64,000 nt of DNA, taken from contig CAVVJX010000005.1 of assembly GCA_963748675.1 (NCBI GenBank), positions 260,440 to 324,439 on the forward strand. Direction: 5' to 3'. The notes beneath the pieces are model-generated. The model saw nothing but the letters and a program-made list of their open reading frames with translations, made no database searches and was not told the origin of the DNA. Source of the DNA: an uncultured Chloroflexia bacterium (lineage in GTDB: Bacteria; Chloroflexota; Limnocylindria; Limnocylindrales; CSP1-4). Shown piece by piece: positions 18,606-26,888 of the stretch (positions within the stretch are counted from its first letter, which is position 1; each line of letters opens with the position of its first letter). A program made the position numbers and the translations under genes.

Positions 18606-19108
18606 GGCTGCTTCGGACAGTTCAGGGCGGCCACGCCGTCGGTGGGAGTCAGCGGGCAGCTGTACTCGACCGACAACACGGAGGTCGCCTCGAACGTCAC
18701 GCCGTTCTTGAACAGGATGTTGCTGACGAATGGGGTGATCGGGAAGTACGTGGCCTCGAAGGACACGACGGCCAGGCAGCCGACTGCCACGAGGGCGCAC
18801 TGGCTGGAGGTGTTGGGTGTCCCGTCGCTATTGACTTGGTAGAAGTCGATCGCGACGCTCGGGTCGTTGAGCTCGACGATCGCCGTCTGGTCCTTCGCCT
18901 TCTTGATGATGCTGGGCTCGTACTGGTTGACGATCGCGATACGGGCGCCCTCGCGGGCAGCGTTGGTCAGGGTGTTGTAGGCGAACACGGCTCGGCCCAG
19001 ATCGAAGATCCCGACGAGCAGCAGCAGGAAGAGCGGGATGATCAGCGCGAACTCGACGAGGGCCTGGCCTCGACCGCGTCGCGCGTGGTGGCGATCGAAG
19101 AGTTTCAT
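18602..19108 (-). CDS. TadE-like pseudopilin, copy 1
   Basis: Prepilin-type motif G-x4-EF (RGRGQALVEFALIIPLFLLLLVGIFDLGRAV). The ATG overlaps the upstream stop (ATGA at 19105-19108). Confidence 0.8.
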   Translation of the reverse strand: MKLFDRHHARRGRGQALVEFALIIPLFLLLLVGIFDLGRAVFAYNTLTNAAREGARIAIVNQYEPSIIKKAKDQTAIVELNDPSVAIDFYQVNSDGTPNTSSQCALVAVGCLAVVSFEATYFPITPFVSNILFKNGVTFEATSVLSVEYSCPLTPTDGVAALNCPKQP

Positions 19109-20310
19109 GGTCGGTTCACCACGACTGCGCTGTTGCAGGGGACGATCGAGGAGGCGGTGATGGACTGGGTCGTGATCGTGTAGTTGCCGCTAGGCGCACC
19201 TGGGCCGTCGGAAACGGTCCCGGTGAAGCCGGCGCCCGTCCAGACCCCCTGCGCGGAGTTGCGCTTGACGCCATTGAGGGTCGGAGCGGTACACAAGCCC
19301 GAGGCCACCGTGATGTAGTTGACCTTCGTGTGGGTCACGGGTCCCGTCGGGTACGTGACGGTCAAGGTGACCGTGTAGGTGCCTGCGGTGTTGTACGTGT
19401 GGCTGGTGGTCGCGCCGGTGCCGGTGCCCTGGCCCGTCCCGAAGTTCCAGGCGTAGGCCGTCCCGCCCGGAGAGGACGTGCTGGTGAAGTTGACTGCCAG
19501 GGGCGGCGCGCCGGTGTTCTGATTTGTGGTGAAGTTCACCGTGGAGACCGCCGTGACCGTGACGCCCATAGTGGCCGTGCTCGAGCCGAGCGAATTCGTC
19601 GCCGTCATCGTCACGAGATACGTGCCGGGCACCGTGAACACGTGGCTCAGGGGATCCTGCAAGGTCGAGTTGGGGGAGCCGTCGTTGAAGTCCCACAGCC
19701 AGCTCGTCGGGCTACCGCCCGAGGTGTCGCGGAAGACCACGGTGAAGGGAGCCGGGCCGCTCAGCGCTGAAGGCGCCACATCGCCGTTGCCGGTGAACGC
19801 CGCATTCGGCGGACTCCCGCCGGTGCCGCTGCTCGTGGCGGTCATGCCGGTCTTGACGGGGAAGACCGCCGAAGACGAGACGGCAACGGACCCGCCCAGG
19901 ATGTTGGAGATGCCCGGGGTGATGATCCCGAACGTGCAGGTGAGCGACACCGCCGCCTCGTCGCCGAGGTCCTGGCCGGTGAAGGTCGGAGCCGGCGCGG
20001 TCTGCACGCCGCCGACCACCGGGAGCCGGCAATTGTTGGCGGTCGCGTCGTTCTTGATCTGGGCCTGGTAGCGGGCCTTGATCGCCGCGTCACCCGAGCC
20101 CGACCATGCGGTCGGATTGTTCGCCGCCAGGTTGGCGCCGATGCGGGCCATGCTCTGGAGGTTGATCCAGCCCAGATACACGCGACCGAAGTCGAGCGCG
20201 ATCAGCGTCAGCATCAGGATGATCGGCAGGACGAGCGCGAACTCGACAAGGCTCTGGCCTCGCGAGTGGCGATCGCGGCGACCGCGTCGGGTGATGTTCG
20301 GGAGGCGCAT
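19105..20310 (-). CDS. TadE-like pseudopilin fused to two PKD domains and a PASTA-like C-terminal domain, copy 1
   Basis: N-terminus SRGQSLVEFALVLPIILMLTLIALDFGRVYLG. PKD signatures WLWDFNDGSPNS and YAWNFGTGQGTG. C-terminus CTAPTLNGVKRNSAQGVWTGAGFTGTV...ITTQSITASSIVPCNSAVVV. Confidence 0.75.
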   Translation of the reverse strand: MRLPNITRRGRRDRHSRGQSLVEFALVLPIILMLTLIALDFGRVYLGWINLQSMARIGANLAANNPTAWSGSGDAAIKARYQAQIKNDATANNCRLPVVGGVQTAPAPTFTGQDLGDEAAVSLTCTFGIITPGISNILGGSVAVSSSAVFPVKTGMTATSSGTGGSPPNAAFTGNGDVAPSALSGPAPFTVVFRDTSGGSPTSWLWDFNDGSPNSTLQDPLSHVFTVPGTYLVTMTATNSLGSSTATMGVTVTAVSTVNFTTNQNTGAPPLAVNFTSTSSPGGTAYAWNFGTGQGTGTGATTSHTYNTAGTYTVTLTVTYPTGPVTHTKVNYITVASGLCTAPTLNGVKRNSAQGVWTGAGFTGTVSDGPGAPSGNYTITTQSITASSIVPCNSAVVVNRP

Positions 20311-20564
20311 ACAAGGGATCCTTGGAGTACGGGTTCGGAGGTGTGTCACCGATGCTCGGCGAAGCACCTTTCACGGTCCCTTGAAACGGTGCGGGCGTGC
20401 ATAGCCCGGACGGGTCACGGACGGGGGCGAGATAGTCCGGCCCAGGTCCTGCCTCGGCGGCCTTCCGACTGCCCTCGACCGCCCTCAACGCCAGCGAAAC
20501 CCGCGTGGAATCGGAAGAGCCGCGCCCCCCGACGCGGCTCTCCCTCCCCCGGATATTCGCAGGG

Positions 20565-21809
20565 TTACTTGATGAGCTGGATCCCGATCGCCGTCGTCCC
20601 CGGAGCCGTGTTCTGGCCCGGGATGATCGGACCGGCGGTCACGTAGTTGACGAACCAACCCTTGAGGCATCGAATGCGCCACCGTTGATGACGGGCACGA
20701 CCGTACCCTCCGGGGGGGTTCGCGCATTCATCGACGTTGCTGCCCTGGCACGTGGACCTGCTCGAGGTGGAAGACCGCGAGCGTATGGATGTAGTACCAG
20801 GTGTTGTTGCCGTGCGGGTCGGTCCCCGGCTGTCCGGGCAGATGCGCCGTCCCGGATCCTCGCGGCACGCGCCGTTGTTGAGCGGCAACATGACGGTCTT
20901 GCGGATGTAAGCGGACAGCTCGCCGTCCACGCTGTTCGGGTTGCCCGGTTGCGTCTGGAACCAGTCCGGGAGGTTGACCGTGATATTGAGGGGCCCGGTG
21001 ATCTCCTGACCCAGGTTCATGCCGGGCGCCAGGTCGAGCCATCCGAATGCCCCGGACCCACCGCTCGCGCTCTTGCACAGCGGCAGGATCGCCATCTTCG
21101 AAGTGTCGCCATTCGCGAACGTGCCACCTGGCAGCGACTCTGCGCCGACGATCGGCCAGTACTCGTCACCGGGGTCGGCGCCCGGAGGCGGCGCGCCGAT
21201 CCACGGCCCCTGGATGAGATTGCCGGAAGAGTCGCACTGCGACACCTGGACCGGGAACGTGACCGGGAGGAGCACGCAGCCATCGTCGTCCGCGACGCAC
21301 TCGCCGCTCAGCGGACCCGCGACGACCGTTGCCTCGGCAGTCGCCGGGATCTGGTCGAACCCGAAGATCCGGCTGAATGTCGTGCTGACCGTGCGCGAGC
21401 CGGTGGCTCGAACGCCCTCCGCGCCCGTCGGGATCGGCCCGGCCGTGTTCGTCACATTGATGCCGATGGGTGCCCCGAAGTCGTCCGTGTATTCGGCAGT
21501 CCAGCCGGCGAGCCCGTTGGCGAGCGCGCTCGCCGAGACCGCGTTGTACACCGCCAGGTTGTCGCGGCCCGAAGCGCCGCCCATGTACTCGGCGATGACG
21601 ACGGTACCGGCGGTGGCCGCCCCGTCAGCGCCGTTCTGGGCGACACGCTGCTGGGCGAACAGGGCCCCGCCGTCGAGCACGAGCCCGACCATCCCGACGA
21701 CCGCCACGAGGGCCAGAGCGGCGATGACCAGCATCTGCCCTCGGGTGGCGTCTGGCGACGAAGAAGCTCGCATCTTGGTTTTCCTTTCGGCTGACGGAAG
21801 TCTGGGCAT
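20565..21809 (-). pseudogene. TadG-like protein, copy 2, with compensated internal frameshifts (pseudogene or assembly indels)
   Basis: The N-terminus MLVIAALALVAVVGMVGLVLDGGALFAQQRVAQNGADGAATAGT parallels copy 1. Between about 20650 and 20880, the segments matching copy 1 (GNNTWYYIHTLAVFHLEQV, GTVVPVINGGAFDA) lie in the other two frames. Confidence 0.6.
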
Positions 21810-22324
21810 CAGGGTTGCTTCGGACAAAGATCGGCACTCGCGTAGGCGGTGATGTTGACGTTGGGGCACACGAACTCGACCGGCACCTCGGACCGCGCCC
21901 TGAAGGTGATCGGTCCGATGACCTGGCCGAGGATCGGCGTGATCGCGGTCCAGTTCGACTCGGGGCTGACGATCGCGATGCAACCGACGGCGATGTCCCC
22001 GGTAGGGCACACCGGGTTGGACGTGGGCGTCCCTTTTGGGCCTTCGCGATGGAAGCGAACGAAGTTCGGCGTGCCAAGGTTGGTGACGCTGTTCCCGAAC
22101 GTCATCTCGGTTACGCGGTCCTCGATGAGACCCTCGTCCTGGTTCACGGCCGCCAGTCGCGCCCCCTCACGAGCGGCGTTGGTGAGGCCGTTGTAGACGA
22201 ATACCGCCCGCCCGACGTCGAAGACGGCCATCAGGATCAGCATCGCGATGGAAAGACGAGGGTGAGCGACGAATTCAATGAGCGATTGACCTCCCTAGGC
22301 CCGCGACGAGCCGGGACGCCTCAC
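21809..22324 (-). pseudogene. TadE-like pseudopilin, copy 2, with an in-frame TAG in the leader
   Basis: GTG at 22324 overlaps the upstream stop (GTGA). The reading is V-RRPGSSRA-TAG(22297-22295)-GGQSLIEFVAHPRLSIAMLILMAVFDVGRAVFVYNGLTNAAREGARLAAVNQ. The first in-frame start after the TAG (22243) falls inside the TM helix. Confidence 0.55.
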
Positions 22325-23492
22325 GGGCCGACCGTGATGATGGACGCGCATCCGCTCGGCTGCGGGTCGATGGTCCCCCCGGTGATCGACTGGTAGTTGA
22401 TGTCGTAGTTGCCCTGTCCGCCCTGGAACAGGACCTGGGTCTGAATCCGGCACTCGCCCACCGCGCCTGGGCGCTGTTCTTCTTGACGTTCGCGAAGTCC
22501 GGCACCGTGCAGACCTTGTTCGTGACGACGATGTACGCCACCTTCGTGATCGTACTCTGGCCGCCCGTGCTGTCGGTGACCCGCAGCGTGATGTCGAACA
22601 CGCCATCGTTGGGGTAGTTGCGCGATGGCGTCCGGCCCGTCGCGTCGAACGTGCCATCACCGTTGAGATCCCAGTCCCAGGCGACGTAGGTCACCGGGTC
22701 GGCGGGGCGCGCGGTGTCCACGCGACGGTGAGGCCTGTTCGCGGGTCGGTGAAGTCGGCCGGGAGCCGGCGGCAGGGGCGGGACGGTGACCGTGATGTAG
22801 TCGGGCTTCGCGTCGTGTGGGTCCCGCCGGCGCGACGACCCGGAGCGATACGCCGAACGTGCAGGTCTGCCCCGGCGTCCCCGCCAGTTGTACGTGACCG
22901 TCTGCGTCCCCGTCGTCAGGGAGCGTTGGGCGTGGCAGTGCCCGCCCCGGAGCCACCGGGCGCCACCCGGAAGTTCCAGACCTGGCTACGGGGCCGCTGG
23001 TGGATTCGTCGGTGAAAGGCCGCGGTGGGCGACCCGGGAATGCGGGGAAGGTCACCCGCGGGACGACGAGGCACTCGGCGTCCGCGGTCGCCACCAGGAT
23101 CGTTGCTGCCGACGATGTTGGAGATGATCGGGGTGAGGAGGCGGAAGGTCATCTCCACGGTGACGGGAGCGACCGTCGCGGGGTCCCACTGCTCGGGTCG
23201 GGGTCCTTCGGCGCACACAGCCGGCGTCAGGTCGACCGTCGTCCGGTCCACTTCGTCGATGCCGCCATTGCTTCGGTCAGCACGCCGCCATCGCCGGCGG
23301 CGTCACTCCAGCCGATTCGCCGGGATGGTTCGCCGCGATGCGGGTCATCTGCTGGAGGCATTCGGACCGGATCAGCCCAGGAAGACGCGCCCGAAGTCGA
23401 TGGCCGTGAGCATCAGGAGCAGGAGAACGGGCACGACCAAAGCGCAATTCCACGACGCTCTGGCCACGGCTTCGCCTGCGACGACTGGGCAT
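22321..23492 (-). pseudogene. TadE-PKD fusion, copy 2, with multiple frameshifts
   Basis: Homologous pieces lie in three frames. MPSRRRRSRGQSVVE then ALVVPVLLLLMLTAIDFGRVF (shifted) then QQMTRIAANHP; then VEMTFRLLTPIISNIVGS; then the PKD-like WDWDLNGDGTFDATG...ITLRVTDSTGG; then CTVPDFANVKKNSAQARWASAGF followed by the shifted TQVLFQGGQGNYDINYQSITGGTIDPQPSGCASIITVGP. Confidence 0.6.
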
Positions 23493-23678
23493 CACAAACA
23501 ATCTCGGCATCAAGTCCCCCGGCGGATTGGTACGAAAGTCCCCGTATGGTGCCATGGGGACCTTTCACGTCACCTTACGGGTGGTGCGGCGGCGCGCCGA
23601 GCATGACCCGGCTGGCGGGTACTTCGGGGGACCTCTGGGTCAGTTGGCATGGGTCGATCCAGGTAGCACCATCCACAC

Positions 23679-23906
23679 ATGACCAAGCGCATCGCTGCCG
23701 CGTTCCTGTGGTTCTACGCCGGCTGGTATGCCGGGGCCCTGATCGCCGAGTTCCTCGGTGTGAGCGCCCTGCTGGGTCCGATCATCGGTGCCGCCGCGGC
23801 CGGCCTGATCGTCGGCGACCCGCGCCGGATGATCTGGACTGCCCGGGCCGAGCGCCCAGCGTCCGCTCCCGCTCCCGCCCCCGAGGGTCTCGCCGACCCC
23901 GCCTGA
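23679..23906 (+). CDS. small two-helix membrane protein (hypothetical)
   Basis: 75 aa with helices AAFLWFYAGWYAGALIAEFLGV and LLGPIIGAAAAGLIVG. No recognisable family. Confidence 0.4.
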   Translation: MTKRIAAAFLWFYAGWYAGALIAEFLGVSALLGPIIGAAAAGLIVGDPRRMIWTARAERPASAPAPAPEGLADPA

Positions 23907-23977
23907 CCAACGACGACCGCACCCACGCACCGCTGGGGGGATCCGCCGGGCCTGCCAAGGCCCGGCGGCTTCGCGTC

Positions 23978-25450
23978 CTACCCCTCGTCGCCCGGCTCGC
24001 CCGGCAGCACGATCGTGAACGCCGCGCCACGGCCCGCGGCCGCGACCCCGGCCCCGGCCGCAACCCCATTCCCGGCCGCAGGCTCCAGCACCAAGTCCCC
24101 GCCCATCGCCCGGCACAGCTCGCGCGAGACGTAGAGACCCAGCCCGCTCCCCCCGTCCGATCCGGCCTCCTCCCCGCGCGCGAACCGCGCGAACAACCGG
24201 TCACGATCCCCCTCGGCGATGCCGGGCCCGCGGTCCTCGATCGTCAGCCGCACCTTTCGGTCCGCCTCGTCGGCGACGATCCTGGCCCCGACCGGGGTAC
24301 CGCCACCGTACTTCACGGCATTGTCCAGGAGTGCCCACAGGACCTGGTCGAGCTGGTCCGCGTCGGCGACGGCCAGCCAGCCCGCGGCCCCATCCTCGAG
24401 CGAGAAGGGCACGTCATCCACGCCGAGGGCCTCCCACGCCTTGCGCGCGCGCGTGGACAGCGACACGACCTCGGTCCGTGGCTTGAGCGCGCCGGACTCC
24501 AGGCGCGTCACGGTCAGGAGCTGCCGGACCATCCGCGACAGCCGCTCGGACTGCTCCGCGATGATCCCCAGGCGTCGATCAGGCGGGGCCAGCTCCTCGC
24601 TCAGCTGTTCCGCGTAGGCACGGATGCTCGTCAGGGGCGTCTGGAGGTTGTGGCTCACGCCGCGCAGGAAGTCGTCCTTGGCCTCGTCGAGCTCCAGCAG
24701 CTGACGGTTCTGCGACTCCACGGTCGCGAACAGCTGGGCGTTGCGGATCGCCGCGGCCATCGCATTGGCGAAGAGCTCCAGCAGGTCCTGGTCCGCCGGC
24801 TCCCAGCGGCGTGTCGCCGGCAACCGGCCGATCAGCACCCCGATGTCCGCGCCACCCGCCCGCATGACCGCGCGCAAGGGGCGCGAGACACCCGGGACGA
24901 CCTCCTCCTCATCGACGATCGACGGGTCGCCGACCACCACGGTCGCATCGATCAACGCGAACGCCGACGTCGCATCCGACGATGTCCGATCGACCAGTGC
25001 CTCCACATCGTCGCGCAGCGAGACCTCGTCGATGGCCGCGAGGATCCGCCCGAGCTCCCGGTTGCGCCGCCCGAGGTCGGCGGCCAGTCGGTTGTGGCTG
25101 TCGGCCAGTCGCGCGAACTCGTCGTCACCGGCGACCCGGATCGGGGTCGAGAGGTCGCCGGTCGACACTCGGTCCACGGCCGCCACGACCGAGCGGAGCG
25201 GGGCGGTCAGCTCGGTCGCCAGGGCGTACGAGGCGAAGATCGCGAATGCCAGCACGATGGCGATCGCGAACAGGAGGACCCGGCCGATCGTCTCGTCCGT
25301 GACCTGGAGGCGGAATGTCGTCTCGAGGACCAGCACGACCAAGCCGAACGTGGCCAGCGGCAGGACCGACGCCACGATGAACGCGACGGTGAGCCGGGAC
25401 CGGAAGCTCAGCCGGGGGGTGGGTTCGGTGGGCCGCTCGTCCTCGGTCAC
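23978..25450 (-). CDS. sensor histidine kinase (TM-HAMP-GAF-like-HisKA-HATPase)
   Basis: H-box FLRGVSHNLQTPLTSIRAY, N and G boxes (LLDNAVKYG, DRGPGI, GSGLGLYV). GTG start at 25450 overlaps the response regulator stop. Confidence 0.85.
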   Translation of the reverse strand: MTEDERPTEPTPRLSFRSRLTVAFIVASVLPLATFGLVVLVLETTFRLQVTDETIGRVLLFAIAIVLAFAIFASYALATELTAPLRSVVAAVDRVSTGDLSTPIRVAGDDEFARLADSHNRLAADLGRRNRELGRILAAIDEVSLRDDVEALVDRTSSDATSAFALIDATVVVGDPSIVDEEEVVPGVSRPLRAVMRAGGADIGVLIGRLPATRRWEPADQDLLELFANAMAAAIRNAQLFATVESQNRQLLELDEAKDDFLRGVSHNLQTPLTSIRAYAEQLSEELAPPDRRLGIIAEQSERLSRMVRQLLTVTRLESGALKPRTEVVSLSTRARKAWEALGVDDVPFSLEDGAAGWLAVADADQLDQVLWALLDNAVKYGGGTPVGARIVADEADRKVRLTIEDRGPGIAEGDRDRLFARFARGEEAGSDGGSGLGLYVSRELCRAMGGDLVLEPAAGNGVAAGAGVAAAGRGAAFTIVLPGEPGDEG

Positions 25451-26175
25451 CCGGGATCGCTCGTCGGGCTGGCGGGCGTCGCCACCAGTCGATAGCCCAC
25501 GCCGCGCACGGTCTGGACGTGCATCGGGCGGTTGGCGTCCACCTCGACCTTCTGGCGCAGCCGCCGCATCGTGACCCAGACGTAGGACGGGTCGGCGTCC
25601 TCGGTCTCGGCCCAGCCGCGGGCGAGCAGCGTCTCGGTCGTCACGACCTGGCCGAGGTTCGCGGCAAGCGCGTAGAGGAGCCGAGACTCGGTGGGGGTGA
25701 GCTGGACGGTCTGCCCGCGGACGGTCGCCTCGCGCCGGTGCAGGTCGAGCGTCAGGTCCGGACCCAGGTCCAGGCTCTGGCGGGGGACCTTGTCGCCCAG
25801 GCGCCGAAGCACTCTATTGATACGCGCGCGGAGCTCCGGGTAGTGGTACGGCTTGGTGACGTAGTCCTCGGCGACCTCCTCGAGCAGGTCGGCCTTCGAG
25901 TCGCCGGCATCGATGGCGGACAGCACGATGATCGGCAGGTCGGCATGGGTCTTGATCTCGCGCGCGAGGGTCAGGCCGTCCATGCGCGGCATCATCATGT
26001 CGACGATGAGCAGGTCCGGCCAACCCGCCTGCAGCCGCCGGAGCGCCTCGTCCCCGTCGCGCGCGGTCGCGATCTCGTAGCCGTCCGCCCGCAGCTGGTC
26101 GGCCAGCAATACGAGCAGGTTCGGGTCGTCATCGACGATGAGGATCCGGGGGGCTGGACCGCCGCCGCTGAGCAT
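25447..26175 (-). CDS. OmpR/PhoB-family response regulator
   Basis: Receiver domain (ILIVDDDPNLL...LLIVDMMMPRMDG...YVTKP) and winged-helix C-terminus (LTPTESRLLYALA...VRGVGYRL). ATG at 26175. Confidence 0.9.
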   Translation of the reverse strand: MLSGGGPAPRILIVDDDPNLLVLLADQLRADGYEIATARDGDEALRRLQAGWPDLLIVDMMMPRMDGLTLAREIKTHADLPIIVLSAIDAGDSKADLLEEVAEDYVTKPYHYPELRARINRVLRRLGDKVPRQSLDLGPDLTLDLHRREATVRGQTVQLTPTESRLLYALAANLGQVVTTETLLARGWAETEDADPSYVWVTMRRLRQKVEVDANRPMHVQTVRGVGYRLVATPASPTSDPG

Positions 26176-26753
26176 GTGCGTGAGTATGCCGCGCCTCCCC
26201 GGACCCGGGAGAGTACGGATGACGGTGCGCTCGCGCACCGAAAACGGAACTTGTGCGGTCTTGTAGTCCAAATGGGGGATGACTTTCGTCGGTAGGGCGG
26301 TACTGTTGCCGCTCAAGCCGCCCTCGGGGGAGGGCAGGAATTGAACAGTCGACCCGTCCCGTTTCTGGGGAAGCGACACTCGGGCCGAGCGCGCACAACC
26401 AGCACTCATCTTCGTTCGATCTTTTCGGCAGTCAGCGCGATCGACCCGAGCGACCCACCCGCACCACGATCTTGCACTCGGGATCGTGGGCCGCGGGGCT
26501 TTCGCTTCCCCATCGAACTCGACGGGTCTCCGTCACCAACGCGTCCAGGCGTTCAGGGAGGCCTATATGTCCGGTTCAGCCGGCCACCGATCCGTCGCTC
26601 GACTCCTCGTTGCCATCCAGGTCTTCCTGCTCGTGGCTTCTTTCTTCGCGCCCGTCGCGAGCCTGGCGGCCGAGCCGTCGGACGATCCGGGCGCCACGCC
26701 GAGCGCGGAACCGTCCGCCGAGCCGACGCCGGAACCGACCCCGGAACCGACGC

Positions 26754-26888
26754 GCCGAGCCGACCGCCGAGCCGACGGCCGAGCCGACTGCCGAGCCCAC
26801 GGCCGAGCCGACGGCGGAGCCGACTGCCGAGCCCACGGCCGAGCCGACGGCCGAGCCGACCGCCGAGCCCACGACCGAGCCGACGCCG
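26754..26888 (+). repeat. 12-bp tandem repeat GCCGAGCCGACN encoding an (AEPT)n linker
   Basis: About 11 consecutive 12-nt units, seen directly. Flanked by looser PE/PT-rich sequence from about 26695 to 26960. Confidence 0.85.

Noticed and set aside
17451-23680. Search for a Flp-type pilin (small ORF with a G-x4-EY motif) or tad ATPase, platform or peptidase genes next to the pseudopilin cassettes
   Set aside because: None was found in any frame in or around the cassettes. The gaps at 20311-20564 and 23493-23678 contain no such ORF.
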